From Deltaproteobacteria bacterium (GTDB lineage Bacteria > Bdellovibrionota > UBA1018 > UBA923): a stretch of DNA of 64,000 nt. A program made the position numbers and the translations under genes. Every line of letters begins with the position of its first letter. The stretch's first letter is position 1. Location: the NCBI GenBank assembly GCA_016186905.1, contig JACPKS010000008.1:25-64024 (forward strand), in the 5' to 3' direction. Under the pieces are notes generated by a model that was not told the DNA's origin, did not search any database, and saw only the letters and a program-made list of their open reading frames with translations. Of the stretch, positions 1-10,200 are shown piece after piece.

Positions 1-15
1 CCATCAGGAGGACTC

Positions 16-933
16 ATGTCAGAGCTCGGCTATACCACGGATCTTTTCGTTCTGCCGTTCGATCACCGCGGGTCGTTTCAGGCGAAACTCTTCGGCATCA
101 AGGATCGCGCCCCGACCGCGGAAGAAACGCGCCTCATCTCCTCTTACAAGCGGATGATTTACGATGGTTTCAAAAAAGCGCTGAACGACGGCGTACCCGA
201 AGACAAGGCCGGCATTCTGGTCGACGAGCAATTCGGTTCGGAGATCATCCGCGACGCCGCCAAAAACGGCTGGGCCACCGCGGTGCCCGCCGAAAAATCC
301 GGTCAAGACGAATTCGACTTCGAATACGGCCATCAGTTCGAGAACCACATCAAGGCGTTCAATCCGACGTTCGTCAAGGTGCTCGTGCGATTCAACCCCG
401 AAGCCGACGAGACGGCCAATCATCGCCAGCTTCAGCGCCTGAAGCGATTGAGCGACTACATCCATCGCGTGCACGGCAAATTCATGTTCGAGCTTCTCGT
501 TCCCGCGACCGGCGCGCAGCTTAAGAGCTGCGGCGGGAGTGTCGCGCAGTTCGACGCGACGATGCGGCCGCAGCTCATGATTCAGGCGATGAGCCTGATC
601 CAGAATTTCGGAATCGAACCCGACATCTGGAAGCTCGAGGGCATCGAAACCTCCGCCGACAGCAACGCGGTCGCCGCCCAGGCGCGAAAGGGCGGGCGCG
701 ATTATGTCGGAACGATCGTTCTCGGACGCGGCGAGAACGCCGAGAAGGTGCGCACCTGGCTTGCCGTTGCGGCAAAAACCCCGGGCGTGATCGGCTTCGC
801 GGTCGGACGCACGGTTTTCTGGGACGCGCTCAAGGGCTACAAAGACGGCGCGCACTCCCGCGAAAAGGCCATCGGGATGATCGCCGACAACTACCGCGGC
901 TTCTGCGAGCTCTGGCTGCGCGCAAAAAGGTAG
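16..933 (+). CDS. DUF2090-like TIM-barrel protein (IolC-associated aldolase-like domain family)
   Basis: 305-aa ORF with good codon usage. The N-terminal FDHRGSF motif and the length/composition resemble DUF2090 aldolase-like proteins; the family assignment is from memory only. Confidence 0.5.
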   Translation: MSELGYTTDLFVLPFDHRGSFQAKLFGIKDRAPTAEETRLISSYKRMIYDGFKKALNDGVPEDKAGILVDEQFGSEIIRDAAKNGWATAVPAEKSGQDEFDFEYGHQFENHIKAFNPTFVKVLVRFNPEADETANHRQLQRLKRLSDYIHRVHGKFMFELLVPATGAQLKSCGGSVAQFDATMRPQLMIQAMSLIQNFGIEPDIWKLEGIETSADSNAVAAQARKGGRDYVGTIVLGRGENAEKVRTWLAVAAKTPGVIGFAVGRTVFWDALKGYKDGAHSREKAIGMIADNYRGFCELWLRAKR

Positions 934-953
934 CCGCTAAGTTGCCGGCTTGA

Positions 954-2672
954 TTACGGCAGGATCTCTTCGCGCTCCTTGAGTTCCTTGATGTGCGCGC
1001 TCTTGAGCCGCTCCTCTTCGCCGGCGAGCAGGAGTTCGAGCGCGGTCAGCAATCCGCGCGCCCCGATAATCCTCGGCAGATAAACATAATCCGCGCCGAG
1101 CCCGTAGATCTCGCGCGCCTGCTCGATCGTCTCGGCCGTCATCACCAGGCGGGCTTTGGGCATACGCTCGCGCAACGTACGCAATAATCTCGCATTCGAT
1201 GTGCCGCGAAGAACGTGATCAGGGATGCTGCAGACCACGAGCTCAGTCGCGGAAAGATCGTAGTGTTTCAGAATATCGGGGTTTCCGACGTCGCCGTAGA
1301 TACAAGCGACATCAGCCATACTCAACCTTTTGTGCGCAATCGGATTGAATCCGACGACGAGGATTTGTTTTTTGAATTCGGCCGGCTCCCGCGCAAACCA
1401 TTCATGCAAGAGCGAGCTCGCATCGCGGAAAAATCCAAAAAGCACGATGCGATAGGAATGCACGGCCGCCTCACGATCCTTCGGGGAGGAAAGATCCTTG
1501 AACCCGAGCCATCTCGCCCCGTTTCCAAGCCAGCCGCTGATCTCGTGCGCGTACACGATCGTGTAAGACGACAACGCCATCGTGATCACGAGCACCATGA
1601 CCGCGAGCGAAAGCGTCTCGCGGCTGACGTGACCGAGTGCCACCCCCAGCGCCAGCATCACGGGGGCGAGTTCCGAAAGCTGACCCAGGTTGATCGCCGG
1701 AATCAATGCCGTGCGAATCCCGAGCTTCATCGCGTGCAGCACGGGAAATACGGTCACGATCCGGCTCAACACGAGAAACACACTGACGATGAGCGCGGCC
1801 TGGATCATCTCCTGCGACGGAATCGGCAGCTGAAGCCCCAAGCCGACGAAGAAAAGTGTTACGAAAAAATCACGCAGACTCGAAATTTTCGCCGCGACGT
1901 CGACATGAAACGGGAACGTCGCGATGGCGATACCCGCGAGAAGCGCGCCCATCTCGCGCGAAAGGCCGAGAGCCCCCGAAAAACCCGTCACGGCGAAACA
2001 CCATCCCATCGCCGCGAGAAGAACCATCTCCGGCTGATTCGTGATCCTGCGGAAGACGAGCGGCAAAACGAATTTGGCCGCGCCGAAGACGCCAAAAACG
2101 AGGACGACGCCTTTGGTGAGCGACCAGAGCAAATCCATCGGCTGAGGATCAACCAGGCTCGGCTGCACGGAAAGAAACGCGATCGCCCACAAATCCTGAA
2201 TCACGAGCACGCCGACGGTGATGCGGGAAACGAGCGTGTCGAGATCGAAGCGGTCGGCCAGCGTCTTCACCACAACCATCGTGCTCGAAAGAGAAAACGC
2301 GTACGCGAGATACATACGGTCGAATCGTCCTCGCAAACCCGGAAATTCGACGAACCCGAACAAAAGCCACCCAAGTACTAAGCACAGCAAAAACTGCGAC
2401 ACGCCGGACACCGCGACCACCCGGCCTGAACGGGCAAGCCGCGCGATATTGATTTCTTGCCCGAGAATGAACATCAACAGCAACAGTCCGATCTCGGAAA
2501 TCAACTCGATGTTCGCATGATCGCGCACGAGATGCAGTCCGTTCGGACCGAGCAACACTCCGGTTGCGAGATAGGCGATGAGAATCGGCTGGCCAAACGT
2601 CGAAAAAAGCAACGCAAGACCGGCGGCAACCGTCAGGCAAAGCCCGACGTCTCGCAAAAGAAACGTTTCCAA
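954..2672 (-). CDS. cation:proton antiporter (CPA2/KefB-like Na+/H+ exchanger domain) with C-terminal TrkA-N/RCK-like domain
   Basis: 572 aa. About 380 aa of N-terminal polytopic membrane sequence (LGPNGLHLV..., typical Na_H exchanger), then a soluble Rossmann-like segment (ILVVGFNPIAH...LVMTAE). Confidence 0.8.
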   Translation of the reverse strand: METFLLRDVGLCLTVAAGLALLFSTFGQPILIAYLATGVLLGPNGLHLVRDHANIELISEIGLLLLMFILGQEINIARLARSGRVVAVSGVSQFLLCLVLGWLLFGFVEFPGLRGRFDRMYLAYAFSLSSTMVVVKTLADRFDLDTLVSRITVGVLVIQDLWAIAFLSVQPSLVDPQPMDLLWSLTKGVVLVFGVFGAAKFVLPLVFRRITNQPEMVLLAAMGWCFAVTGFSGALGLSREMGALLAGIAIATFPFHVDVAAKISSLRDFFVTLFFVGLGLQLPIPSQEMIQAALIVSVFLVLSRIVTVFPVLHAMKLGIRTALIPAINLGQLSELAPVMLALGVALGHVSRETLSLAVMVLVITMALSSYTIVYAHEISGWLGNGARWLGFKDLSSPKDREAAVHSYRIVLFGFFRDASSLLHEWFAREPAEFKKQILVVGFNPIAHKRLSMADVACIYGDVGNPDILKHYDLSATELVVCSIPDHVLRGTSNARLLRTLRERMPKARLVMTAETIEQAREIYGLGADYVYLPRIIGARGLLTALELLLAGEEERLKSAHIKELKEREEILP

Positions 2673-2772
2673 CTCAAATCTCCTTACTCTCTGATCGGCT
2701 ATATTTAGACTTGGGATTCAGAAAAAATGCTGTGATTCCGCAATACTTCCATAAACGCGACGCATTATCACG

Positions 2773-2821
2773 ACCACTATATGTGGTGGTATTCATATTT
2801 TTTATGCACCATATATAGTGT
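2773..2821. promoter_or_regulatory. two tandem NrdR-box-like palindromes (ACCACTATATGTGGTG and CACCATATATAGTG), centres ~33 bp apart, ~200 bp upstream of nrdJ
   Basis: Both palindromes are read directly and match the NrdR box consensus acaCwAtATaTwGtgt. The tandem arrangement ~3 helical turns apart is what NrdR operators look like. Confidence 0.55.
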
Positions 2822-3024
2822 TTTTTATCTTGTTTTTGCTCAAAACACGCGTAGCCTTGTTTTTAAGAAGTACTGTTCTCCTTGAAATTCAAGACCGCTC
2901 GGATTTCCAATGCAGTGTGTTAAATACGCTGCGGCGTGAGGAGTCGGTTCTTTTCAGATACCTAGGATGGATCTTGTTGTCGCGAGGGCGTCGCGGCAAC
3001 ACAAAACATGGAGGGGCAGCATAA

Positions 3025-6000
3025 ATGGATTCACATCTTAACCATGGTGTAACGAACAGCCAGGATAAGGCTGTTCACGGCGATAAATCGTCTAGACTAC
3101 AGAAAAAAGTCCCGCCGAAAATCCCGCTGGATCTTGGAATTAAGAAATCCAAGGGACTCTCGATTGAACGCCGCTTCACGAAACCCGGCGTCCACCCCTT
3201 CGACGAAATCGACTGGGACATCCGCCAGACCGTCATCACGAATCCTGACGGTTCCGTCGTCTTCAAGATGAACAACGCCGAGGTACCGTCCTTCTGGAGC
3301 CAACTCGCGACGGACATCGCCGTCAGCAAGTATTTTCGCAAAGCGGGCGTTCCGGCCTCCGTCAATAAAGAGGGCCGCGAGGCGAGCGCTAAGCAACTCG
3401 TGCGCCGCGTAGCCCGCTCCCTCAGCAAAGCGGGACTGAAGTTCGGCGGCTATTTCAAGACTCCGGCCGAGGCGGAAGCATTTGAGATGGAGCTCTCGCA
3501 TCTGCTGATCCATCAAAAACTCGCGTTTAATTCCCCTGTTTGGTTCAACTGCGGGCTTTACGAGGAATACGGCATCGAAGGAAGCGGCGGAAACTTCTTC
3601 TGGAACCCCCGCACCGAGCGGATCGAGGAGACGCGAAACTCTTACGAGCACCCGCAATGCTCGGCCTGCTTTATCCAGTCGGTCGACGACGACCTCATGG
3701 CGATCTTCGACCTCATCAAGAACGAAGCGCGAATCTTCAAGTACGGCTCGGGCACGGGCACGAATTTTTCGAAGATCCGCGGTCACATGGAAAAGCTCTC
3801 GGGCGGCGGGATGTCAAGCGGCCTCATGAGCTTTCTCGAAGTGCTGGATCGGGGAGCCGGCGCCACGAAATCCGGCGGCACCACTCGCCGCGCGGCCAAG
3901 ATGGTGATCCTCGACGCCGATCATCCCGAGATCGAGGACTTCATCAACTGGAAGAGCCGCGAAGAGAAAAAGGTCGCGGCACTCATCGCCGCGGGCTACT
4001 CGAGCGACTTCAACGGCGACGCTTACCGCACCGTGAGCGGCCAGAACTCCAATAACTCGGTCCGCGTATCCGACGAATTCATGAAGGCGGTCGAAGCGGA
4101 CGGCGAATGGAGCACGAAGTTTCGCACGACGGGAAAAACGCATAAAACCCTCAAAGCGCGCGGGCTCTTCAACCAGATCGCGCAGGCCGCGTGGGCGTGC
4201 GCCGATCCGGGCCTGCAGTTCGACACGACGATCAACGATTGGCACACGTGCCGGGGCACGGACCGCATCCACGGCTCCAATCCCTGCAGCGAGTACATGT
4301 TCCTCGACAACACGGCCTGCAATCTCGCGAGCGTCAATCTTCTGAAGTTCCTGCGGCAAGACGGGAGCTTCGACCTCGAGGGCTACCGTCATGCCTGCCG
4401 CATCTCGACGATCGCGCAGGAAATCGCGGTGGACTACGCAAGCTACCCGACCGAGATTCTCGCGAAGAACAGCCACGACTACAGACCGCTTGGCTTGGGC
4501 TACGCGAACCTCGGAACGCTTCTCATGGTTCAGGGCATCCCCTACGACAGCGACGAAGGCCGCGCGTGGTGCGGAGCGCTCACTGCGATCATGACCGGCA
4601 CGGCATATGCGACGTCGGCGGGGATCGCAAAGGAAAAAGGCCCGTTCCCGGGTTTTAAGACGAACCGCGAGTCGATGTTGCGCGTGATGAACAAGCACCG
4701 CGATGCGGTCGAAGAGATCCGGGCTCTCGCCCCGCCTGAGCTTCTCGAAGCCGCGCGCGAGGCTTGGGACACGGCGGTCGCCCTCGGCGAAAAACACGGT
4801 TATCGCAACGCTCAAACGACGGTTCTGGCACCCACCGGCACGATCGGCCTGCTCATGGATTGCGACACGACCGGCATCGAACCTGACTTCTCGCTCGTGA
4901 AGTTCAAAAAGCTCGCCGGCGGCGGTTATTTCAAAATCGTCAATCAGAGCATTCCCGCCGCACTTGAAAATCTCGGATACGGCGAGCGTGAAGCCGCCGG
5001 GATCATCGAGTACGCGATGGGCGCTCTGCGCTTGAGATGCGCGCCCCACGTCAACGAGACTTCGCTATCCGCGAAAGGGTTCACGGCTGACGATTTCAAG
5101 AAAATCGAAGCAGCTCTTCCCGGAGTGTTTGAGCTGGAGCAGGCTTTCGCGCCCCACGTGCTTGGAGCGGACGCGATGAAGCGGCTTGGCTTCACGCCGG
5201 AGCAGATTGCCGCGAAGGGCTTCAGCACGCTGAAAAGCCTTGGCTTCACGGCAGAGCGGATCGAGGCGGCAAATGAGGCCGTCTGCGGACGCATGACCGT
5301 GGAAGGCGCGCCAGGCCTTAAGCCGGAGCACCTCCCGGTGTTCGACTGCGCGAACAAGTGCGGCAAGAAGGGAACGCGTTTCATCGCGCCGATGGGCCAC
5401 ATCAAGATGATGTCCGCGGCGCAGCCCTTCTTAAGCGGAGCGATCTCGAAAACCGTGAACATGCCGGGCGAGAGCACGGTCGAAGACGTGGCCGATGTCT
5501 ACATGCAGTCGTGGAAGCTCGGAATCAAGGCCATCGCGCTGTATCGAGACGGCTCCAAAATGAGTCAGCCTCTTTCTTCCTCCGAAAAGAAAGAGGAGAA
5601 GGCGGCTCCGGTGATCGTTCCCGTGATGGGCCCCTCGATCACCGAGCGCCGGCGCCTTCCGCGCAAGCGCGGCGGCTTTACGGTCGAGGCGAAGGTCGCC
5701 GGGCACAAGGTCTACCTCCGCACCGGGGAATACGCCGACGGTTCGCTGGGCGAGATCTTCATAGACATGCACAAGGAAGGCGCGACATTCAGAAGTCTGC
5801 TCAACTGCTTCGCGATCGCGATCAGCCTCGGCCTGCAGCACGGCGTCCCGCTCGAGGAGTACGTCAATGTATTCACCTTCACGCGGTTTGAGCCGCAGGG
5901 AATGGTGGATCATCCGAACATCAAGACGGCGACGTCGGTCATCGACTTCATCTTCCGCGTGCTGGGAATGGAGTACTTGAATCGCACCGACTTCGTGCAT

Positions 6001-6288
6001 GTCATGCCCGAAGGGCTCGTCACGACCGCGGCTCCAAAGACGATCGCCGTGGAAGCCCTGCCGGCGGCCGCGGAAGCGGCCCGGAATGAAGACGACGCCC
6101 AGGTCTCGATGTTTTCGGCTGAGCAGGACCACCGCGAAACGAAAGCGTCAGGCTCAAACATTCTGAGCAAGCACCTCGCGAAAATGATGGGTGATGCGCC
6201 GTTCTGTAATCAGTGCGGGCACACGACGGTGCGCAACGGCGCATGTTACAAGTGCCTTAACTGCGGCAATTCCCTAGGGTGTAGTTGA
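3025..6288 (+). CDS. nrdJ: adenosylcobalamin-dependent ribonucleoside-diphosphate reductase (class II RNR)
   Basis: 1087 aa. Class II RNR hallmarks: the [20 protein letters not shown] active-site region and a C-terminal Cys-rich zinc ribbon ([21 protein letters not shown]). A long AT-rich leader lies upstream. Confidence 0.92.
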   Translation: MDSHLNHGVTNSQDKAVHGDKSSRLQKKVPPKIPLDLGIKKSKGLSIERRFTKPGVHPFDEIDWDIRQTVITNPDGSVVFKMNNAEVPSFWSQLATDIAVSKYFRKAGVPASVNKEGREASAKQLVRRVARSLSKAGLKFGGYFKTPAEAEAFEMELSHLLIHQKLAFNSPVWFNCGLYEEYGIEGSGGNFFWNPRTERIEETRNSYEHPQCSACFIQSVDDDLMAIFDLIKNEARIFKYGSGTGTNFSKIRGHMEKLSGGGMSSGLMSFLEVLDRGAGATKSGGTTRRAAKMVILDADHPEIEDFINWKSREEKKVAALIAAGYSSDFNGDAYRTVSGQNSNNSVRVSDEFMKAVEADGEWSTKFRTTGKTHKTLKARGLFNQIAQAAWACADPGLQFDTTINDWHTCRGTDRIHGSNPCSEYMFLDNTACNLASVNLLKFLRQDGSFDLEGYRHACRISTIAQEIAVDYASYPTEILAKNSHDYRPLGLGYANLGTLLMVQGIPYDSDEGRAWCGALTAIMTGTAYATSAGIAKEKGPFPGFKTNRESMLRVMNKHRDAVEEIRALAPPELLEAAREAWDTAVALGEKHGYRNAQTTVLAPTGTIGLLMDCDTTGIEPDFSLVKFKKLAGGGYFKIVNQSIPAALENLGYGEREAAGIIEYAMGALRLRCAPHVNETSLSAKGFTADDFKKIEAALPGVFELEQAFAPHVLGADAMKRLGFTPEQIAAKGFSTLKSLGFTAERIEAANEAVCGRMTVEGAPGLKPEHLPVFDCANKCGKKGTRFIAPMGHIKMMSAAQPFLSGAISKTVNMPGESTVEDVADVYMQSWKLGIKAIALYRDGSKMSQPLSSSEKKEEKAAPVIVPVMGPSITERRRLPRKRGGFTVEAKVAGHKVYLRTGEYADGSLGEIFIDMHKEGATFRSLLNCFAIAISLGLQHGVPLEEYVNVFTFTRFEPQGMVDHPNIKTATSVIDFIFRVLGMEYLNRTDFVHVMPEGLVTTAAPKTIAVEALPAAAEAARNEDDAQVSMFSAEQDHRETKASGSNILSKHLAKMMGDAPFCNQCGHTTVRNGACYKCLNCGNSLGCS

Positions 6289-6352
6289 CCGGTTTTTTTG
6301 TTTCTGGCATCAATGACCGCGCGAAGCTATCATATGATCTCACGGTGATCTG

Positions 6353-7774
6353 ATGTCTGACGAAACAAATGGAAAAGCAAGGAAGGTTCTTGTCGTCGAT
6401 GACGACGAGCCCTTCCGAACCACGCTAAAAGACTCTTTGATTCCGTTCGGCTACGAGGTGCTGCTTGCCCAAAGTGGCGAGGCTGCCGAGGAGATGCTGG
6501 CCAAAGAACGCGTGGACGCAGTGGTCACCGATATCCGCATGGCCGACGGAAACGGCCTGGAGCTCGTGACGCAAGTCCGAAGAAAATTTCCGAACATGAC
6601 CGTAATCCTCATGACCGGTTTTGCCGAGGTCAAGGGCGAGGAGGAAGCATTCAACCTCGGAGCCGACGGTTTTCTCGAGAAACCGTTTAAGGCCGAGGCT
6701 CTCGTGGAGCTGCTGAAAAACTCGACGAGCATGGATGATCTCGAAGTCGTCGACACGAAGGGATTTTACCCCGATAGCGAAGGACTCGACGACGACTACG
6801 CGAAATTGAACATCGACGACTTCGACGGCGACATCAAGATCAAGTACGACGTCTATGTCCGGCTTTCGAAGGAAAAATACATCAAGATCTCACACGACGG
6901 CGAAGACATCACCACGGAACGCCTGGAGTCTTACAAGAAGAAGGGGATCGCCTTCCTCTACTTGAGAAAGACCGACTTCAAGAAATACATGGGCATGAAC
7001 ATCTCGATGGCTCCGCTCGTAAAAACGAGCAAGATGATCGACAAAGAAAAGAAAATCTCGATCTTTGAGCACACCGCTGAAGTCATCCTGGCCGATGTCT
7101 ACCTGCACGGAGTGAACCCAGAGAGCTTCGAGCACGCGCGAACCGTCGTCGAGTCGATGACCGAGCTCATCACCGACGACAGCGATACCCTGAATCTGCT
7201 GGCGCTGCTCAACGGTCACACGGATTTTCTTTACGCTCACTGCCTTGGCGTCAGCATCTACGCCGTCATGATCGCGAAGGCGATGCACTGGTTCACTCCC
7301 GCCAATATCTACAAGGTCTCGATGGGCGGCCTTTTCCACGACGTCGGAAAAAAAGACATCCCGCGCGAGGTCCTGGCGAAGCCCAAAGTCGAGTACTCGC
7401 CCGAGGAGCTCAAGATGTACGAAAATCATCCGGTTCGGGGCGTGGAAATTCTGCGGCAAATCCCGAATATCCCGAACGACATTCTGCACATCGTCGGCCA
7501 GCACCATGAAAACTGCCTAGGCCAAGGCTTTCCCGTCGGGCTTTCGAAGAACCGCATCCATCCGATGGCGCGGCTGGTATCGATCGCCAATGAGTTCTGC
7601 AATTTCGCGATCAAGAACCCGAACAGCCCAGGCATGAACCCGACCGAGGCCATCAAACAGATGTTCCTTCAAAACGTGGACCGCTTTGACCCGCCGTTCT
7701 TCATGGCGTTGATGAAACTTTTCAAATACGACCCGCCGGAGAGCTTCAAAAAACTCGTAAAGCCGAAGGGTTGA
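6353..7774 (+). CDS. response regulator with REC receiver, central DUF3391-like region and C-terminal HD-GYP c-di-GMP phosphodiesterase domain
   Basis: REC motifs at the N-terminus (VLVVDDDEP...D-IRMADGNGLEL). HD-GYP motifs follow (HCLGVSIYAVMIA...GGLFHDVGK...HHENCLGQGFP). Confidence 0.88.
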   Translation: MSDETNGKARKVLVVDDDEPFRTTLKDSLIPFGYEVLLAQSGEAAEEMLAKERVDAVVTDIRMADGNGLELVTQVRRKFPNMTVILMTGFAEVKGEEEAFNLGADGFLEKPFKAEALVELLKNSTSMDDLEVVDTKGFYPDSEGLDDDYAKLNIDDFDGDIKIKYDVYVRLSKEKYIKISHDGEDITTERLESYKKKGIAFLYLRKTDFKKYMGMNISMAPLVKTSKMIDKEKKISIFEHTAEVILADVYLHGVNPESFEHARTVVESMTELITDDSDTLNLLALLNGHTDFLYAHCLGVSIYAVMIAKAMHWFTPANIYKVSMGGLFHDVGKKDIPREVLAKPKVEYSPEELKMYENHPVRGVEILRQIPNIPNDILHIVGQHHENCLGQGFPVGLSKNRIHPMARLVSIANEFCNFAIKNPNSPGMNPTEAIKQMFLQNVDRFDPPFFMALMKLFKYDPPESFKKLVKPKG

Positions 7775-7783
7775 CGGCAAGAC

Positions 7784-8641
7784 TCACGCCGTTGCGCCGG
7801 GAAACGGCACTTTCGCGGCATCGAGCGCTTTAAGGATTCGCAGCCGCAGCTCCCTTTCCGCTTCGGCACGGCTGCCGACGTTCGTGCGCACGGCCGTGCG
7901 CACCTCCATCGTATTCTGACCGAAGGACGTGATGCCCTGAAGTTCGGCGCGGCCATGCAAGCGCGGCTGCCACGCCGGATCCTTCTCGAAAGCGTGCAGC
8001 GCCTTCTCGATCGCGGCAAGGGCCGCGTTGACGTCGGCATGGTACGGCAGAGGAATGCGCACGACGGCCATCGCGTAGCCATAGGTCATATTGCTCACGA
8101 CCTTGATCTCGCCGTTGGGGATCATGTGGAGCGTGCCGTCCATGTCGCGAACGGACGTCGTGCGGAGATCCATGCGTTCGACTCTTCCGCTGATGCCGGC
8201 AACCGCGATAACGTCGTCCACGCGCAGCTGATCTTCCAGCAAAAGAAAAAATCCGGCGATGATGTCCTTGACCAGGCTTTGCGCGCCCAAACCCAGCGCA
8301 ACGCCCGCGATGCCCGCCCCGGCCAAAAGAGGCGTGATGTCGAGGCCGCATTCCTTGAGCACCATCAGAGCCGCCGCACCAAAGAGAATCACGCGGAGGG
8401 TCGTATCCACGAGTTGCACGACCGTGGCCAGGCGCCTGCCGTGATCGCCGCTTCGAACGCCTTCCGCTTTGGATTTCCGCTCGGCATGCTTGAGCAACCG
8501 GTCGCAGACGAGGTGAATCAGCTTGGCAGTCGCGATCACGACGCCCAAGATCAGCAGGATCTTGATCAGCCGCCCGGCCAGAAGGGCGACCCAGGGGATT
8601 GAGTTGAGCATTTGGGTGATTTGATCCATTCTAATCTCCAT
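7784..8641 (-). CDS. mscS: small-conductance mechanosensitive channel (MscS family)
   Basis: TM helices followed by the conserved MscS beta-domain (GDHGRRLATVVQ...VDDVIAVAGISGRVERMDLRTTSVRDMDGTLHMIPNGEI). The start is ambiguous (8689, 8641 or 8629); 8641/8629 are preferred so that it does not overlap the divergent neighbour. Confidence 0.82.
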   Translation of the reverse strand: MEIRMDQITQMLNSIPWVALLAGRLIKILLILGVVIATAKLIHLVCDRLLKHAERKSKAEGVRSGDHGRRLATVVQLVDTTLRVILFGAAALMVLKECGLDITPLLAGAGIAGVALGLGAQSLVKDIIAGFFLLLEDQLRVDDVIAVAGISGRVERMDLRTTSVRDMDGTLHMIPNGEIKVVSNMTYGYAMAVVRIPLPYHADVNAALAAIEKALHAFEKDPAWQPRLHGRAELQGITSFGQNTMEVRTAVRTNVGSRAEAERELRLRILKALDAAKVPFPGATA

Positions 8642-9149
8642 GGACTTGCGAAAACTGCCGGTTCTTTTCGTATTTGTACCATGGCTCACCTTCTGGAGTC
8701 AGCACGGCTCTTTGATGACTTCGCGCGGCCTCTCCAAGGCGAGGATCGGCCTTGCTCAAAACTGCGCCAAGGTCAACTCGAAGAGCCCCTATCTCTTCGA
8801 CGTCAACGTGGCCGCAAGCGAAGAAACCCGCTCGAAAGGATTGGGCGGCCGCACGGCAATACTCGAAAGCGGCGAAGGCATGCTCTTCGCCTTCAGCGCC
8901 GCTCGACCCGTCAGCTTCTGGATGAAAGACACCCTCATCCCGATGCAGATCGCGTATTTCGACGCCAAAGGGCGCCTCTTTGAAACGCACGAGATGCGGG
9001 TTGAGCGCGACCCCTCCAATCCCCTGAAGACCTTTCCGTCGTCGAAGCCCACGGCGGCGGCGCTTGAAGCCGCGCCCTCGCGCATCGCAAGCAGGGATAT
9101 CGGCAAACTCGTCTTGTGTGTCGAGCAGACCGGGAAAACAGCGAAATGA
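8640..9149 (+). CDS. DUF192 (COG1430) family protein, probably secreted
   Basis: 169 aa with a hydrophobic N-terminus. The DUF192 core (GLGGRTAILESGEGMLFAF ... FWMKDTLIPMQIAYFD) is present. Its stop overlaps the grx start (ATGA). Confidence 0.6.
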   Translation: MDLRKLPVLFVFVPWLTFWSQHGSLMTSRGLSKARIGLAQNCAKVNSKSPYLFDVNVAASEETRSKGLGGRTAILESGEGMLFAFSAARPVSFWMKDTLIPMQIAYFDAKGRLFETHEMRVERDPSNPLKTFPSSKPTAAALEAAPSRIASRDIGKLVLCVEQTGKTAK

Positions 9150-9397
9150 AACCCGTCCTTGTGTACACGATGCGCCGCTGCGGATATTGCGAGATGGCCA
9201 AGCGCCTGCTCAAGGGAAAAGGCATCCCCTTTGAAGAACGCCTCGTCGAAGACAGCGATACGGCGGCGTGGGATCGCCTTGAGCGCGAGACGGGATTCAA
9301 AACGATGCCGCAGATCTTCATCGACGGCAAATTCATCGGAGGTTACACCGAGCTCGCCGAGCTTGAACGAAGCGGCGCGCTCGACTCTCTGTCATGA
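9146..9397 (+). CDS. grxC: glutaredoxin (Grx3-like)
   Basis: CGYC active site (VLVYTMRRCGYCEMAKRLL) and the C-terminal GG motif (FIDGKFIGGYTEL). Start ATG at 9146; ATGA overlap with both flanking genes. Confidence 0.85.
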   Translation: MKPVLVYTMRRCGYCEMAKRLLKGKGIPFEERLVEDSDTAAWDRLERETGFKTMPQIFIDGKFIGGYTELAELERSGALDSLS

Positions 9398-10200
9398 AAC
9401 TCCATACGTTTACCCGAGGAGACCGAAGCCTTCCCGCCGTCGTGCTCGTGCACGGGCTTCTCGGCGGCGCCCGCAATCTGCGGCGATTGCAAGAGAAGAT
9501 CGCCGGCGCCGGCTATTTCACCGTCGCCTACGATCAGCGGGGCCACGGTCACAGTCCGCATTTTCAACCCGACCAGTATGCCCTCGGGTTTTTGGCGTCG
9601 GATCTGCTCGGTATTCTCGATGGGGAAGGGTTGCGCGCGGCCCACCTCGTCGGCCACAGCCTTGGCGGCCGCGTCTGCGTGCTCGCGGCGGCAAAGGCGC
9701 CGGAAAGAACTTTAAGCGTAAGCCTTCTCGACGTCGGGACGCAAACCAACGCGCGCGGAATGGCCGCGTTGCACGCGATCATCGATCCGCTTCCCGAGTC
9801 GTTTGTCTCAAAAGAAGAGGCGCGGGCTTTCCTCGCCGCGAACCTGCCGCTGCAGGGGCGCGAGAGGGCTGTGTTCGAACAGTTTCTTCTTTCGAATCTC
9901 CGATCCCGGGACGGACGAATGCGCTGGATCTTCGATCTCCGCGGAGTGCGCGAAAGCCTTCTCGACTCGCTCAAAATCGACCATAGCGACGCGTGGAGCT
10001 CGCTGCGCGCTCCGTTACTCGTGGCGAAAGGCGCTGAATCACGGCATTTCACCTCGGAAGAACACGATGCCATGTCGCGGAAAAATCCTCGCGCGGAATT
10101 GGCGGTTATTCCGGGCGCCGGCCACTGGGTGCACGTCGACAACCTCGACGGCACCTTTGAGGCGGTCCACGCGCTTCTTGAGCGAGTGAAACGACAATGA
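9394..10200 (+). CDS. alpha/beta-fold hydrolase (esterase/lipase-type)
   Basis: HGxxG oxyanion motif (VLVHGLLGG), nucleophile elbow GHSLGG, and a C-terminal GAGHWVH histidine region. Confidence 0.85.
   Translation: MKLHTFTRGDRSLPAVVLVHGLLGGARNLRRLQEKIAGAGYFTVAYDQRGHGHSPHFQPDQYALGFLASDLLGILDGEGLRAAHLVGHSLGGRVCVLAAAKAPERTLSVSLLDVGTQTNARGMAALHAIIDPLPESFVSKEEARAFLAANLPLQGRERAVFEQFLLSNLRSRDGRMRWIFDLRGVRESLLDSLKIDHSDAWSSLRAPLLVAKGAESRHFTSEEHDAMSRKNPRAELAVIPGAGHWVHVDNLDGTFEAVHALLERVKRQ

Noticed and set aside
19-855. 278-aa minus-strand ORF fully antisense to the DUF2090-like gene
   Set aside because: Antisense open frame typical of high-GC DNA. Arg/Ala/Gly-rich, no domain, overlaps a well-supported sense gene.
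1215-2381. 388-aa plus-strand ORF antisense to the cation:proton antiporter gene
   Set aside because: Extremely Arg/His/Asp/Glu-rich low-complexity translation, characteristic of an antisense frame of a membrane-protein gene in GC-rich DNA.
3814-5049. 411-aa minus-strand ORF inside nrdJ
   Set aside because: Antisense to a conserved essential gene; composition is Arg/Ala-rich with no motifs.
6289-6352. Possible terminator after nrdJ (CCCTAGGG palindrome, T7 run)
   Set aside because: The palindrome is within the last codons and too short (8 bp), and the T-run is not preceded by a convincing stem. Not called.
9159-9986. 275-aa ORF overlapping grx and the hydrolase in another frame
   Set aside because: Arg/Ser/Pro-rich alternative frame; the overlapped genes have clear motifs.
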